Below are positions 51,590-60,051 of a stretch of 64,000 nucleotides of DNA, one piece after another. Source of the stretch: an uncultured Clostridia bacterium (GTDB taxonomy: Bacteria; Bacillota; Clostridia; Oscillospirales; Oscillospiraceae); contig CAMWFH010000004.1 in the NCBI GenBank assembly GCA_947173485.1, forward strand, positions 49,767 through 113,766. Direction: 5' to 3'. Position numbers and translations under genes: made by a program. Below the pieces are notes generated by a model. The model was given only the letters and a program-made list of their open reading frames with translations. It was not told where the DNA came from and did no database searches. The stretch's first letter is position 1. Each line of letters opens with the position of its first letter.

Positions 51590-52363
51590 ATGGCTATCAA
51601 AGACCTGTTCAAAAAGATCGACAGCTATGCGGCCGTGATCCGCGGGTACCGTCCACTTTCTGAAGCAGAGGTGAAGGAACTGGACGCTTACTACCGTATA
51701 GGAACGACCTACAGCTCCAACGCTCTGGAAGGGAACTCCCTGACGCTCTCCGAGACAAAGGTCCTGTTGGAGGACGGTATCACGGTGGGGGGCAAGCCGA
51801 TTCGAGATCATTATGAGGCTACCGGTCATGCCAGGGCTTATGATCATATGCTCACACTAGCCAGAAGTGACCGTCTTTCGATCTCAGAGGATATCATCCG
51901 GCGTCTGCACTATCTGTTTTACAATGGTATCGACCCGGAGACAGCAGGGGAGTACCGAAAAGGGCAGGTGCTCATCACGGGGACCGAGTATGTGCCGCCT
52001 GCTGCGGAGGAAGTTCCCGCATATATGGCGGCCTTTGTGGCAGAAGCGGCAGAGAAACAGGGAAAACTTCATACAGTAGGATTTGCCGCTTATGCGCACC
52101 GCCGCTTGGTGGATATCCACCCATTCCAAGATGGCAACGGGAGGACTGCCCGCCTGCTGATGAATCTGATCCTGATCAACCAAGGCTATTGTGTCGTTTC
52201 CATCCCCCCAGTGCTGCGGCATGACTATATCGCGGCTCTACAGCAGGCCCAGCGAAAAAGCCACCCATCTGACGAGGCCTTTATCGAGCTGATCGCGAAC
52301 TGCGAGATCGAGGCCCAAAAGGACTACTGCCGGATGTTCCATATCGAGCTGCCGGCACGATAG
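51590..52363 (+). CDS. Fic family protein (AMPylase-type), class II with an internal inhibitory helix
   Basis: Active-site HPFQDGNGRTARL. N-terminal SNALEG matches the (S/T)xxxE(G/N) inhibitory motif. Confidence 0.9.
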   Translation: MAIKDLFKKIDSYAAVIRGYRPLSEAEVKELDAYYRIGTTYSSNALEGNSLTLSETKVLLEDGITVGGKPIRDHYEATGHARAYDHMLTLARSDRLSISEDIIRRLHYLFYNGIDPETAGEYRKGQVLITGTEYVPPAAEEVPAYMAAFVAEAAEKQGKLHTVGFAAYAHRRLVDIHPFQDGNGRTARLLMNLILINQGYCVVSIPPVLRHDYIAALQQAQRKSHPSDEAFIELIANCEIEAQKDYCRMFHIELPAR

Positions 52364-52412
52364 AGCAAATATACGCTTGTTTGAAAGTTGATGTACGAAG
52401 GAGCGTGATCCC

Positions 52413-52775
52413 TTGCTGGACCAATACGACAACGAACGCTGCGACGAGTCCTGTCCCCATAAGGACATCGTCTCCCAGGTCAGGGCCGCCATGCCCCCGG
52501 AGGACGAGCTGCTGGACCTGGCGGAGCTGTTCAAGGTGTTCGGCGACACCACCCGCGTCAAGATCCTCTACGTCCTCTTCGAGTCGGAGATGTGCGTCTG
52601 CGACATCGCGGAGCTGCTGGGCATCAGCCAGTCTGCTATCTCCCACCAGCTGCGCATCATCAAGCAGGCCAAGCTGATCAAGAGCCGCCGGAGCGGCAAG
52701 ACCGTCTATTACTCCCTGGCCGACGGCCATGTGGGCACCATCATCGGGGTGGCGAAGGAGCATTTAGAGGAGTGA
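52413..52775 (+). CDS. ArsR/SmtB-family metalloregulator
   Basis: The TTG at 52413 lies 9 nt after GAAGGAG. The ELFKVFGDTTRVKILYVL...MCVCDIAELLGISQSAISHQLRIIK wHTH carries an alpha3 CVC site and an N-terminal CDESCPH. Confidence 0.85.
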   Translation: MLDQYDNERCDESCPHKDIVSQVRAAMPPEDELLDLAELFKVFGDTTRVKILYVLFESEMCVCDIAELLGISQSAISHQLRIIKQAKLIKSRRSGKTVYYSLADGHVGTIIGVAKEHLEE

Positions 52776-52793
52776 ACCGGCGGAATGTGCATA

Positions 52794-52840
52794 AAGCCGC
52801 AGTCTTTCCCCCAGGTATCCAGGGAGACCGCGGCTTTTTC
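52794..52840 (+). terminator. Intrinsic terminator after the ArsR gene
   Basis: Stem aagccgcagtct / agaccgcggctt followed by tttc. Confidence 0.7.
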
Positions 52841-52889
52841 GTCCCTATCCGCCTAATTTTGAATTTTTTCGCAAAAGCCAACTTTGTTC

Positions 52890-52918
52890 TTGCAGTCGGC
52901 GGCGATATCGGTTATAAT
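52890..52918 (+). promoter_or_regulatory. sigmaA-type promoter for the parvulin gene
   Basis: TTGCAG, 17 nt, TATAAT. Confidence 0.55.
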
Positions 52919-52977
52919 AAGCGAGAATTGGCTTTTGAAAGCCGGGAAGATATGATTGGAAAGGATCGATCTGTACT

Positions 52978-54522
52978 ATGGGTGCTTCCAGAGAGCGCAA
53001 AAAGCGCCAGGAATACTACGCCAACGGGGGCGTAGACAAGCGAGCTGTCCGTGCGGCGGAGGAGAAGGCCGCGCAAAAGCGGTTCAACCTGCTGCTGGGC
53101 GGGGGCATAGTCGCCTTCCTTGTGATCGCGGCTGTCCTCATCGTCTACAACAACGGCCTCTTCAGCAAGGGCAGCGGGTCCCAGACCGCCGTCACCGTGG
53201 GGGACAGGGTCTTCACCGCCGCTGACTACAGCTACTACCACCGCAACGCCTATAACTCCTACTACCAGCAGTTCGGCAGCATGGCTTCCTACTTCACCGA
53301 GAGCTTCCCGGAGGAGGCCGTCCGCCAGATGCAGTTCGTCACCGCCGCCCTGGCCGCCGCCCAGGCCGACGGTTTCACCGCGCCGGAGGTGGACGCCCAG
53401 CTCCAGGAGCAGATCAGCTCCGCCAAGAGCGCCGCGAAGGTCTATGGCCTGAGCTATAAGAACTTCATCGCCCAGCAGTACGGCGATCTGGTCACCCCCG
53501 AGGTGTTCGAGCGGAACCTGCGGGACCTGCTGACCGCCAGTGCCTACGCCCAGTCCCACACGGACAGCCTGACCTATACCGACGCCCAGATCGCCGATGC
53601 CTACAAGGCCGCCCCCAATGACTACGACCATGTGGACGGCCACCTGGTCACCATCTCCGGCACGCCGGAGTCCAAGACCGATGCCGACGGCAACCCGGTG
53701 GAGCCCACCGAGGCGGAGACCAAGGCCGCTATGGACGCCGCCGAGGCCACTGCCCGCCAGATCCTGGCCGATTACCAGGCCGGCGGCGACCTGGAGACCC
53801 TGGCCAAGGACGCCGGGGCCGAGTATGCCCTCCAGGAGGAGGTCAGCCATGTGGGCGGCGCGGTCTACAGCGATTGGCTCTTCGACAGCGCCCGCAAGGC
53901 CGGGGATGCCGATGTGATGAGCAGCACCGCCAGCTGGTATGTGGTGGTGTTCACCGGCCGGAGCCGGGACGAGACCCATGCCGTGAACGTGCGGCACATC
54001 CTGCTGACCAGCGACAGCCTGGCCGCCCCCGGCGCCTCTGACGAGGAGACCGACGCCCTGGTCAAGAAGGCCGCCGAGGACCTGCTGGCCACCTGGGACG
54101 GCACGGAGGAGGGCTTCGCCGCCTTGGCCGAGGCCAACACCAAGGACAGCGGCTCCGCCGCCAACGGCGGTCTCTATGAGAACATCACCCCCGCTACCAA
54201 CTTCGTGCCGGAGTTTTTGGACTGGTGCTTCGCCGATGGCCGGAAGGCCGGCGACACCGGCATCATCTCCACCACCCACGGCTGGCACATCATGTACCTC
54301 TCCGAGATCACCGGCACCACCGCCTGGCAGGAGGCCGTCCGCCAGGATCTGCTGAACGCGGACGCCGCCGCCTGGGAGGAGGAACTGGTGAAGGACTATG
54401 AGCCGGTCCGGGACGAGGCGGTCCTCCGGCGCGTGACCCCCGAGAGCTTTCCCGCTGACGACAGCGGCAGCACCGGTGACGATGGCAGCGATACCGGCGA
54501 CGACGGCAGCAACGCCGGATAA
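52978..54522 (+). CDS. Membrane-anchored peptidyl-prolyl isomerase (parvulin/PpiC type, SurA/PrsA-like)
   Basis: N-terminal TM anchor. The parvulin core is VRHILL...SGSAANGGLY...GWHIMY. The tail is acidic and Gly/Asp-rich. Confidence 0.8.
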   Translation: MGASRERKKRQEYYANGGVDKRAVRAAEEKAAQKRFNLLLGGGIVAFLVIAAVLIVYNNGLFSKGSGSQTAVTVGDRVFTAADYSYYHRNAYNSYYQQFGSMASYFTESFPEEAVRQMQFVTAALAAAQADGFTAPEVDAQLQEQISSAKSAAKVYGLSYKNFIAQQYGDLVTPEVFERNLRDLLTASAYAQSHTDSLTYTDAQIADAYKAAPNDYDHVDGHLVTISGTPESKTDADGNPVEPTEAETKAAMDAAEATARQILADYQAGGDLETLAKDAGAEYALQEEVSHVGGAVYSDWLFDSARKAGDADVMSSTASWYVVVFTGRSRDETHAVNVRHILLTSDSLAAPGASDEETDALVKKAAEDLLATWDGTEEGFAALAEANTKDSGSAANGGLYENITPATNFVPEFLDWCFADGRKAGDTGIISTTHGWHIMYLSEITGTTAWQEAVRQDLLNADAAAWEEELVKDYEPVRDEAVLRRVTPESFPADDSGSTGDDGSDTGDDGSNAG

Positions 54523-54536
54523 AAACGATACTAAAA

Positions 54537-54566
54537 GGAGCGCCGCATCGCGGCGCTCCCTCTTTC
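54537..54566 (+). terminator. Intrinsic terminator after the parvulin gene
   Basis: 10-bp perfect stem ggagcgccgc / gcggcgctcc followed by ctctttc. Confidence 0.7.
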
Positions 54567-54586
54567 GAGAAGGGATCTGATACATC

Positions 54587-55282
54587 ATGATACTATTGGG
54601 AACGGCCGTCAACGCCCTGGGGGTGCTGGGGGGCGGCACGCTGGGGCTGGGCGTCCATCATCTGCTGCGCCGGGGCATCCCGGAGCGGTTCAGTGAGCGG
54701 ATCATGGAGGGCATCGGCCTGTGTACCGTCTGCATCGCCGCCGGCGGCATCCTCTCCGGCAGCAAGACCCTGGTGACCATCCTGTCCATGGTGGTAGGGG
54801 CCGTGATAGGGGAGTGGCTGGACTTAGACGGCAAGATCGCCGCCCTGAGCCGGCGGCTGGAGGAGCGCTTTGCCAAGGGCAGCGGCGGCAGCTTCTCCAA
54901 GGGCTTCATGACCGCCACTCTGCTCTTCTGCGTAGGGACTATGTCTATCTTAGGCAGTCTGGACTCCGGCCTGCGTAATGACCACGCCACCCTCTTCGCC
55001 AAGTCCGTGATGGACACCATCAGCGCCTGCATCTTCGCCTCCTCCCTGGGGGCGGGGGTGCTGTTCTCCGCCGTGCCCATCCTCCTCTACCAGGGGAGCA
55101 TCACCCTGCTGGCCAACGTGGTGGGCCCCTACCTCACCGAGACGGTCATCGCCGAGATGAACACCGTGGGCTCCCTGCTGCTGCTGGGGCTCAGCCTGGA
55201 CCTGCTGGGCATCAAGCACCTGAAGCTGATGAACTACCTCCCCGCCATGTTCCTGCCCATCCTTTTCTGCCTGTTCCTGTAA
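54587..55282 (+). CDS. DUF554-family membrane protein
   Basis: 231 aa, polytopic, with the MILLGTAVNALGVLGGG... N-terminus typical of DUF554/YdfK-like proteins. Confidence 0.75.
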   Translation: MILLGTAVNALGVLGGGTLGLGVHHLLRRGIPERFSERIMEGIGLCTVCIAAGGILSGSKTLVTILSMVVGAVIGEWLDLDGKIAALSRRLEERFAKGSGGSFSKGFMTATLLFCVGTMSILGSLDSGLRNDHATLFAKSVMDTISACIFASSLGAGVLFSAVPILLYQGSITLLANVVGPYLTETVIAEMNTVGSLLLLGLSLDLLGIKHLKLMNYLPAMFLPILFCLFL

Positions 55283-55316
55283 GACGCAAATATTTGACCC
55301 GATCTGCCAAAACCTC

Positions 55317-55345
55317 TTGACAAGTCCCGTCCCTTGCCCTACGAT
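55317..55345 (+). promoter_or_regulatory. Candidate promoter for the hydrogenase-like gene
   Basis: TTGACA, 17 nt, TACGAT. Confidence 0.4.
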
Positions 55346-55379
55346 AAAACAAGAATACGCAATAAGGAGGTATCCCCCT

Positions 55380-56885
55380 ATGCGCGGCATCCCATCCCTG
55401 ATCACTGATATCCGCAAGAAAGTTTTCACCGAGGTCGCCCGCATGGCCTACAACGGCGGCGACTACACCCAGGCCGAGGACCTGCCCTATGTGATCGTCC
55501 CTGGCGACAGCCCCCTCCACCGGGAGTCCATCTTCTTAGAGCGGGCCATCGCCGGCGAGCGGGTGCGGCTGGCTATGGGCCTCTCCATCCGGCCCGTCCA
55601 GACCCGGTCCCTGATGACCGAGGGCATGGACCAGGCGGCCATCGCGGCCCAGTACTACGAGCCGCCTCTGATCAACATCATCCCCTACGCCTGCCACGCC
55701 TGCCCGCCCAAGCAGTACCGGGTGACGGAGAACTGCCAGAACTGCCTGGCCGCCTCCTGCCAGCAGGTGTGCCCCAAGGGGGCCATCTCCTTCGTCAACG
55801 GCAAGAGCCGCATCGACCCGGAGAAGTGCATCAAGTGCGGCAAGTGCGCCCACGCCTGCCCCTACAACGCGATCATCTACATGGAGCGCCCCTGCGCCGC
55901 CGCCTGCGGCATGGACGCCATCGACAAGGACGACCAGGGCCGGGCGGTCATCAACCAGAACCGGTGCGTGGCCTGCGGCCAGTGCCTGGTGAGCTGCCCC
56001 TTCGGCGCGATCGTGGACAAGGGCCAGATCTTCCAGGTCATCCGCTCCATCATGCAGGGGGACCAGGTGGTCGCCATCGTGGCCCCGGCCTTCATCGGCC
56101 AGTTCGGCAAGTCCTCCACCCCGGAGAAGTTCACCACGGCGATGAAGATGCTGGGCTTCGACCGGGTGGTCGAGGTGGCCGTGGGGGCGGATATGTGTAC
56201 CATCGAGGAGGCCAAGGACTTTTTGGAGAAGGTGCCCCAGGAGCAGGACTTCATGGCCACCTCCTGCTGCCCGGCCTGGCACGCCATGGTGGAGAAGCTG
56301 TTCCCGGCCCAGTATAAGAACATCTCCATGACCCTGACGCCCATGGTGTTCACCGCCCGGCTGATGAAGAAGAAGTACCCCGGCTGCAAGGTGGTCTTCG
56401 TGGGCCCCTGCGCCGCCAAGAAGCTGGAGGCGATCCGGGCCAACATCCGCTCGGATGTGGACTTCGTGCTGACCTTCGAGGAGCTCCAGGGGATGTTCGA
56501 GGCCAAGGACGTGGACTTCGCGGAGATCCCCGAGGGCGAGTCCATGCGGGAGGGCACCGCCGCGGGCCGGGGCTTCGCCGTATCCGGCGGCGTGGCCGGC
56601 GCGGTGGAGGACCTGATCCACCAGACCCACCCGGAGCTGGAGGTCAAGACGGCCCGGGCCGAGGGCCTGCGGGAGTGCCGCAAGCTGATGACCATGGCCA
56701 AGGCCGGCAAGTACAAGGGCTATCTGCTGGAGGGCATGGCCTGTCCCGGCGGCTGCGTGGCCGGCGCGGGCACCCTGCTGCCGGTGGAGCTGGCCGCCAC
56801 GGTGGTGGGCCGGTACCAGAAGGAGGCGGACAACACCAGCCCCCTGGACAGCGCCTACCGCGACGTGGGGGAGGAGCTGGATTAA
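55380..56885 (+). CDS. [FeFe]-hydrogenase-like protein (ferredoxin domains + H-cluster domain; group-B-like architecture)
   Basis: The ATG at 55380 follows AAGGAGG. Three CxxCxxCxxxCP motifs are followed by TSCCPAW, GPCAAKKLE and EGMACPGGCVAGAG, which correspond to the H-cluster L1/L2/L3 motifs. Confidence 0.8.
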   Translation: MRGIPSLITDIRKKVFTEVARMAYNGGDYTQAEDLPYVIVPGDSPLHRESIFLERAIAGERVRLAMGLSIRPVQTRSLMTEGMDQAAIAAQYYEPPLINIIPYACHACPPKQYRVTENCQNCLAASCQQVCPKGAISFVNGKSRIDPEKCIKCGKCAHACPYNAIIYMERPCAAACGMDAIDKDDQGRAVINQNRCVACGQCLVSCPFGAIVDKGQIFQVIRSIMQGDQVVAIVAPAFIGQFGKSSTPEKFTTAMKMLGFDRVVEVAVGADMCTIEEAKDFLEKVPQEQDFMATSCCPAWHAMVEKLFPAQYKNISMTLTPMVFTARLMKKKYPGCKVVFVGPCAAKKLEAIRANIRSDVDFVLTFEELQGMFEAKDVDFAEIPEGESMREGTAAGRGFAVSGGVAGAVEDLIHQTHPELEVKTARAEGLRECRKLMTMAKAGKYKGYLLEGMACPGGCVAGAGTLLPVELAATVVGRYQKEADNTSPLDSAYRDVGEELD

Positions 56886-56887
56886 AT

Positions 56888-56913
56888 GTCACTTTTCTTG
56901 AAAGAAAAGTGAC
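56888..56913 (+). terminator. AT-rich perfect hairpin after the hydrogenase-like gene
   Basis: gtcacttttctt/aagaaaagtgac, followed by caaaagaacttttt. Confidence 0.55.
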
Positions 56914-57001
56914 CAAAAGAACTTTTTACTGCGCTCTGTCGCGGCATATAGGACCCACACCGACTCACGACAGGGCGGAAGGATATCGAGGGAGGTAGCG
57001 T

Positions 57002-57877
57002 ATGGAGATCGTTTTGCGCCGAGGCGGCCTGACCGCTAAGGCAGAGACTATGGGCGGCGAACTGGTGTCCCTCCAGGACGCCCAGGGGACGGAGTACATT
57101 TGGGGCGGCGACCCGGCCTTCTGGACCGGCCGCAACCCGGTCCTGTTCCCCATCGTGGGCGGACTGCGGGGCGGGACCATCCATATCCAGGGCCGGCCCT
57201 TCCAGATGGGCCGCCATGGCTTCGCCCGCTGGGGCGAGTTCGTCCCTGTGGACCAGGGGGAGGACTATGTCCGCTTCCGTTTGCAGGAGAGCCCGGAGAC
57301 CCTGGCCCAGTACCCCTACCGCTTCGCCCTGGAGGTGGAGCACCGGCTGACCGATCAAGGCTTCACTACTCAGTTCACCGTGGAGGACCGGGACGAGAGC
57401 CCCCTGCCCTTCTGCATCGGGGCCCACACGGCCTTCCGGTGCCCCCTGCTGGCAGGCGAGCGCTTTGAGGACTATGCCATCGTCTTTGACCAGCCGGAGA
57501 CCGCTGATGGCCTGCTGCCGGACAGCGAGGGCTGCCTGGTCCAGGGCCGGACCGAGCGGTTCCTGGACGGGACCGATACATATCCCCTGGACTACCAGGT
57601 CTTTGGCCGGGTGGACACCCTGATCTTCGAGGGCCTTGCCTCCAAGGGCGTCACCCTCCGCCACCGCCCCACAGGCCGGGGCATCCGCTTGGACTATGAT
57701 GGCTTCCCCATGATCGCCTTCTGGACCAAGCCCGGCGCGCCCTACCTCTGCATGGAGCCCTGGCACGGCTGCGCCGCCTTCGATGAGAGGGAGTTCTCCG
57801 AGAAGCGCCACTGCATCACCCTCCAGCCGGGGGAAAAGATCTCCCTGGCCTACCAGGTGACGATACAGAACGGATAA
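57002..57877 (+). CDS. Aldose 1-epimerase family protein (LacX/YihR-like)
   Basis: 291 aa with NPVLFPIVGG, RHGFAR, GAHTAF and MEPW motifs. Confidence 0.85.
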   Translation: MEIVLRRGGLTAKAETMGGELVSLQDAQGTEYIWGGDPAFWTGRNPVLFPIVGGLRGGTIHIQGRPFQMGRHGFARWGEFVPVDQGEDYVRFRLQESPETLAQYPYRFALEVEHRLTDQGFTTQFTVEDRDESPLPFCIGAHTAFRCPLLAGERFEDYAIVFDQPETADGLLPDSEGCLVQGRTERFLDGTDTYPLDYQVFGRVDTLIFEGLASKGVTLRHRPTGRGIRLDYDGFPMIAFWTKPGAPYLCMEPWHGCAAFDEREFSEKRHCITLQPGEKISLAYQVTIQNG

Positions 57878-57895
57878 AAGTCCATAAAAATAACC

Positions 57896-57929
57896 GACCG
57901 GCGGCACTCTCCATCGAGTGCCGCCGGTC
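57896..57929. terminator. Bidirectional terminator between convergent epimerase and rsfS genes
   Basis: 14-bp perfect stem gaccggcggcactc / gagtgccgccggtc. T-rich flanks, strongest on the minus strand. Confidence 0.75.
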
Positions 57930-57943
57930 TTATCCCTACTGGC

Positions 57944-58333
57944 TCACGCCTTGAACCGCGCGGTCAACTGGTCCATGGGCTGGTCCAGGATATCGCCCAG
58001 CTCCACCTCTTTGCCGTCCTGCCACAGCCGCTCCAGGGAGTAGAACTCCCGGGCCTCCTGGCTGAACACATGGACCACCAGGCAGCCGTAGTCCAGCAGG
58101 ACCCAGGTGCCGCCCCGATAGCCCTCCCGGTGCCGGACCGGCTCCCCCAGCTCGTCCAGGGTCTTTTCCACGCTGTCGCAGAGGGCGTTGATCTGGGTGT
58201 TGCTCCCGCCGGAGCAGATCACGAAGTAGTCCGCCAGGGTGGTCAGCTCCGTGACCTCCATCAGCTTGATGTCGCCGCCCTTCTTGTCCGACAGAGCCTT
58301 TGCCGCTACGATCGCCATCTCCTTTGGTGTCAT
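57944..58333 (-). CDS. rsfS: Ribosome silencing factor
   Basis: 129 aa with ADYFVICSGGSNTQ and WVLLDYGCLVVHVF, typical of RsfS/YbeB. Confidence 0.9.
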   Translation of the reverse strand: MTPKEMAIVAAKALSDKKGGDIKLMEVTELTTLADYFVICSGGSNTQINALCDSVEKTLDELGEPVRHREGYRGGTWVLLDYGCLVVHVFSQEAREFYSLERLWQDGKEVELGDILDQPMDQLTARFKA

Positions 58334-58368
58334 ACCATCTTCTCCTTTTGTAATTTTCTTTTGCTATA

Positions 58369-60051
58369 TCACTCGATGTTGAGTATCTCGTCCCAGTTGG
58401 GCAGCTCCGGGGAGAAGATCTGCCCGGTGTCGCCGCCGTCCGGCACAGCGGGCTCCTGGCTGTCCTCGCTCCCGCCGTCTGTACTGTCGCTGTCCCCACT
58501 GTCTCCGCCGTCCACATCGACCGTATCGCCGCCCTCTGGACCCTCTGCATCACCGCCGTCCTGGGTCCCGTCCTCTGGCGGCGTGGTGCCGCTGTCCCCG
58601 TTCGGATCGGAGCTGTCCGGGCCGTCCGGCGTATGGGGATCGTCAGGGCCGCCGGGGCTGTCCGGTCCATCCGGGCCATCGGGATCGTCTGGGTCATGGG
58701 GGCTATCAGGATCATCGGGGTCACCAGGGCCATCCGGGTCGTCCGGGTCGCCGTAGACCAGGTTGCCCTCCTCATCGTAGTATGCCTCCCCGTCCCGGAC
58801 GGCCCGCCACTCCTGATAGGCCGCCTCATGGACCGTGTCCGCCACATAGCCGGTGGTGGAGGAGAGCAGGTGCCCGTCGGTGCAGCTCATCAGGTCCAGG
58901 TCCCCCAGGGTGATCTTCTTCTCATAGGGGTTCAGCTTGGTGTTCACCAGCTCCAGCAGCTGGTTGGGGTACAGCGTCACATAGTACTGCATCCGGCCCC
59001 CGTTGTCGCTCTTGTCCTTGAAGGTCCGGCTCCAGCAGCGGACCTCGTAGTTCCCCGGCAGGGAGTGGAAGGCCAGCTTGTTCACGCTGTCCAGCTTCAG
59101 TGCCTGCTGGGCGAACCAGACCAGGTTGCCCACCGTCAGGTCCGTCTCCACATTCTCCGTGAAGATAGTGGCGAAGGTCCCCAGCTTCAGGATGTTCTTT
59201 GGTACCAGGATCTGCTTCACCGCCGCCTTCATGAAGTTCTGCTGGACCTCCATCCGGGCCCCGTCGCCGGGGGATTCATGGTTCTCCACATTGTTCTTCC
59301 GCCACCGAATCAGCTGCATGGCCTTGTCCCCGTCCAGCAGCTGATACCCCGGCTGGAGGTCGATGACGAAGCCGGTCTTGGGGGTGCTGTCGATATAGTG
59401 CATCCGCTGGGGCACGTCGAAGTAGACGCCCCCCACCTCCTCCACCAGCTGCCCCACAGCGGCCCAGTCCAGCAGCACATAGAAATTGGGCTGGATCCCG
59501 GTGGTCTTGCGGACCCACTTCATCATGTTCTTCACATCGCCGTTGCCGCTGGCGGAGTTGATCTTCTTGATATCCCGGGACACATTGATCATCAGGTCCC
59601 GGGGGATACTGGCGATATTGACATCTCCGGTGTTCATATCAAAGGTGGCCAGCATGATCATGTCTGTGTAGTTTTCCTTGTCGCTGCGGCCCAGAAGGAG
59701 GAAGGTGTAGAACCCTTTCTTCTGGTTGGACACATAGTCCGGCATATCCGGGTCGACCTCGATGTAGTTGAAGTCGTCCGGGTCCTCCCCGCTGCCGTCA
59801 CCGGGGATCGGGGTATTCAGATCGTCCTTCTTGCCGCCGCTGTAGTCCGGCATATCCGGCTCCACCGCCCAGTTGGTCCACCAGATGCCCGCGCCGGTCA
59901 CCACCGCCAGCAGGACGCAGCACACCATCAGCGCGATCATGGTGCCCCGGCGGTGGTACCAGTTGACCCGCCACCAACGGCGCAGCTGTTTCCACCAGCT
60001 CTTCTTGGGACTGGCCTTCAGGCGTTTCCCGCCTTCTTTTTCTCTGCTCAT
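58369..60051 (-). CDS. LytR-CpsA-Psr (LCP) family protein with a long acidic Pro/Asp/Gly-rich C-terminal tail
   Basis: The ATG at 60051 overlaps the upstream stop (ATGA). It has a TM anchor, an LCP core (FLLLGRSD...TDMIMLATF...ASIPRD) and a ~120-aa DPDDPDGPG-type tail. Confidence 0.85.
   Translation of the reverse strand: MSREKEGGKRLKASPKKSWWKQLRRWWRVNWYHRRGTMIALMVCCVLLAVVTGAGIWWTNWAVEPDMPDYSGGKKDDLNTPIPGDGSGEDPDDFNYIEVDPDMPDYVSNQKKGFYTFLLLGRSDKENYTDMIMLATFDMNTGDVNIASIPRDLMINVSRDIKKINSASGNGDVKNMMKWVRKTTGIQPNFYVLLDWAAVGQLVEEVGGVYFDVPQRMHYIDSTPKTGFVIDLQPGYQLLDGDKAMQLIRWRKNNVENHESPGDGARMEVQQNFMKAAVKQILVPKNILKLGTFATIFTENVETDLTVGNLVWFAQQALKLDSVNKLAFHSLPGNYEVRCWSRTFKDKSDNGGRMQYYVTLYPNQLLELVNTKLNPYEKKITLGDLDLMSCTDGHLLSSTTGYVADTVHEAAYQEWRAVRDGEAYYDEEGNLVYGDPDDPDGPGDPDDPDSPHDPDDPDGPDGPDSPGGPDDPHTPDGPDSSDPNGDSGTTPPEDGTQDGGDAEGPEGGDTVDVDGGDSGDSDSTDGGSEDSQEPAVPDGGDTGQIFSPELPNWDEILNIE

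Noticed and set aside
57936-58847. 303-aa minus-strand ORF spanning rsfS and the 3' end of the LCP gene.
   Set aside because: It is out of frame with both well-supported genes, has Arg/Thr/Ala/Pro-rich shadow composition and lacks a Shine-Dalgarno.
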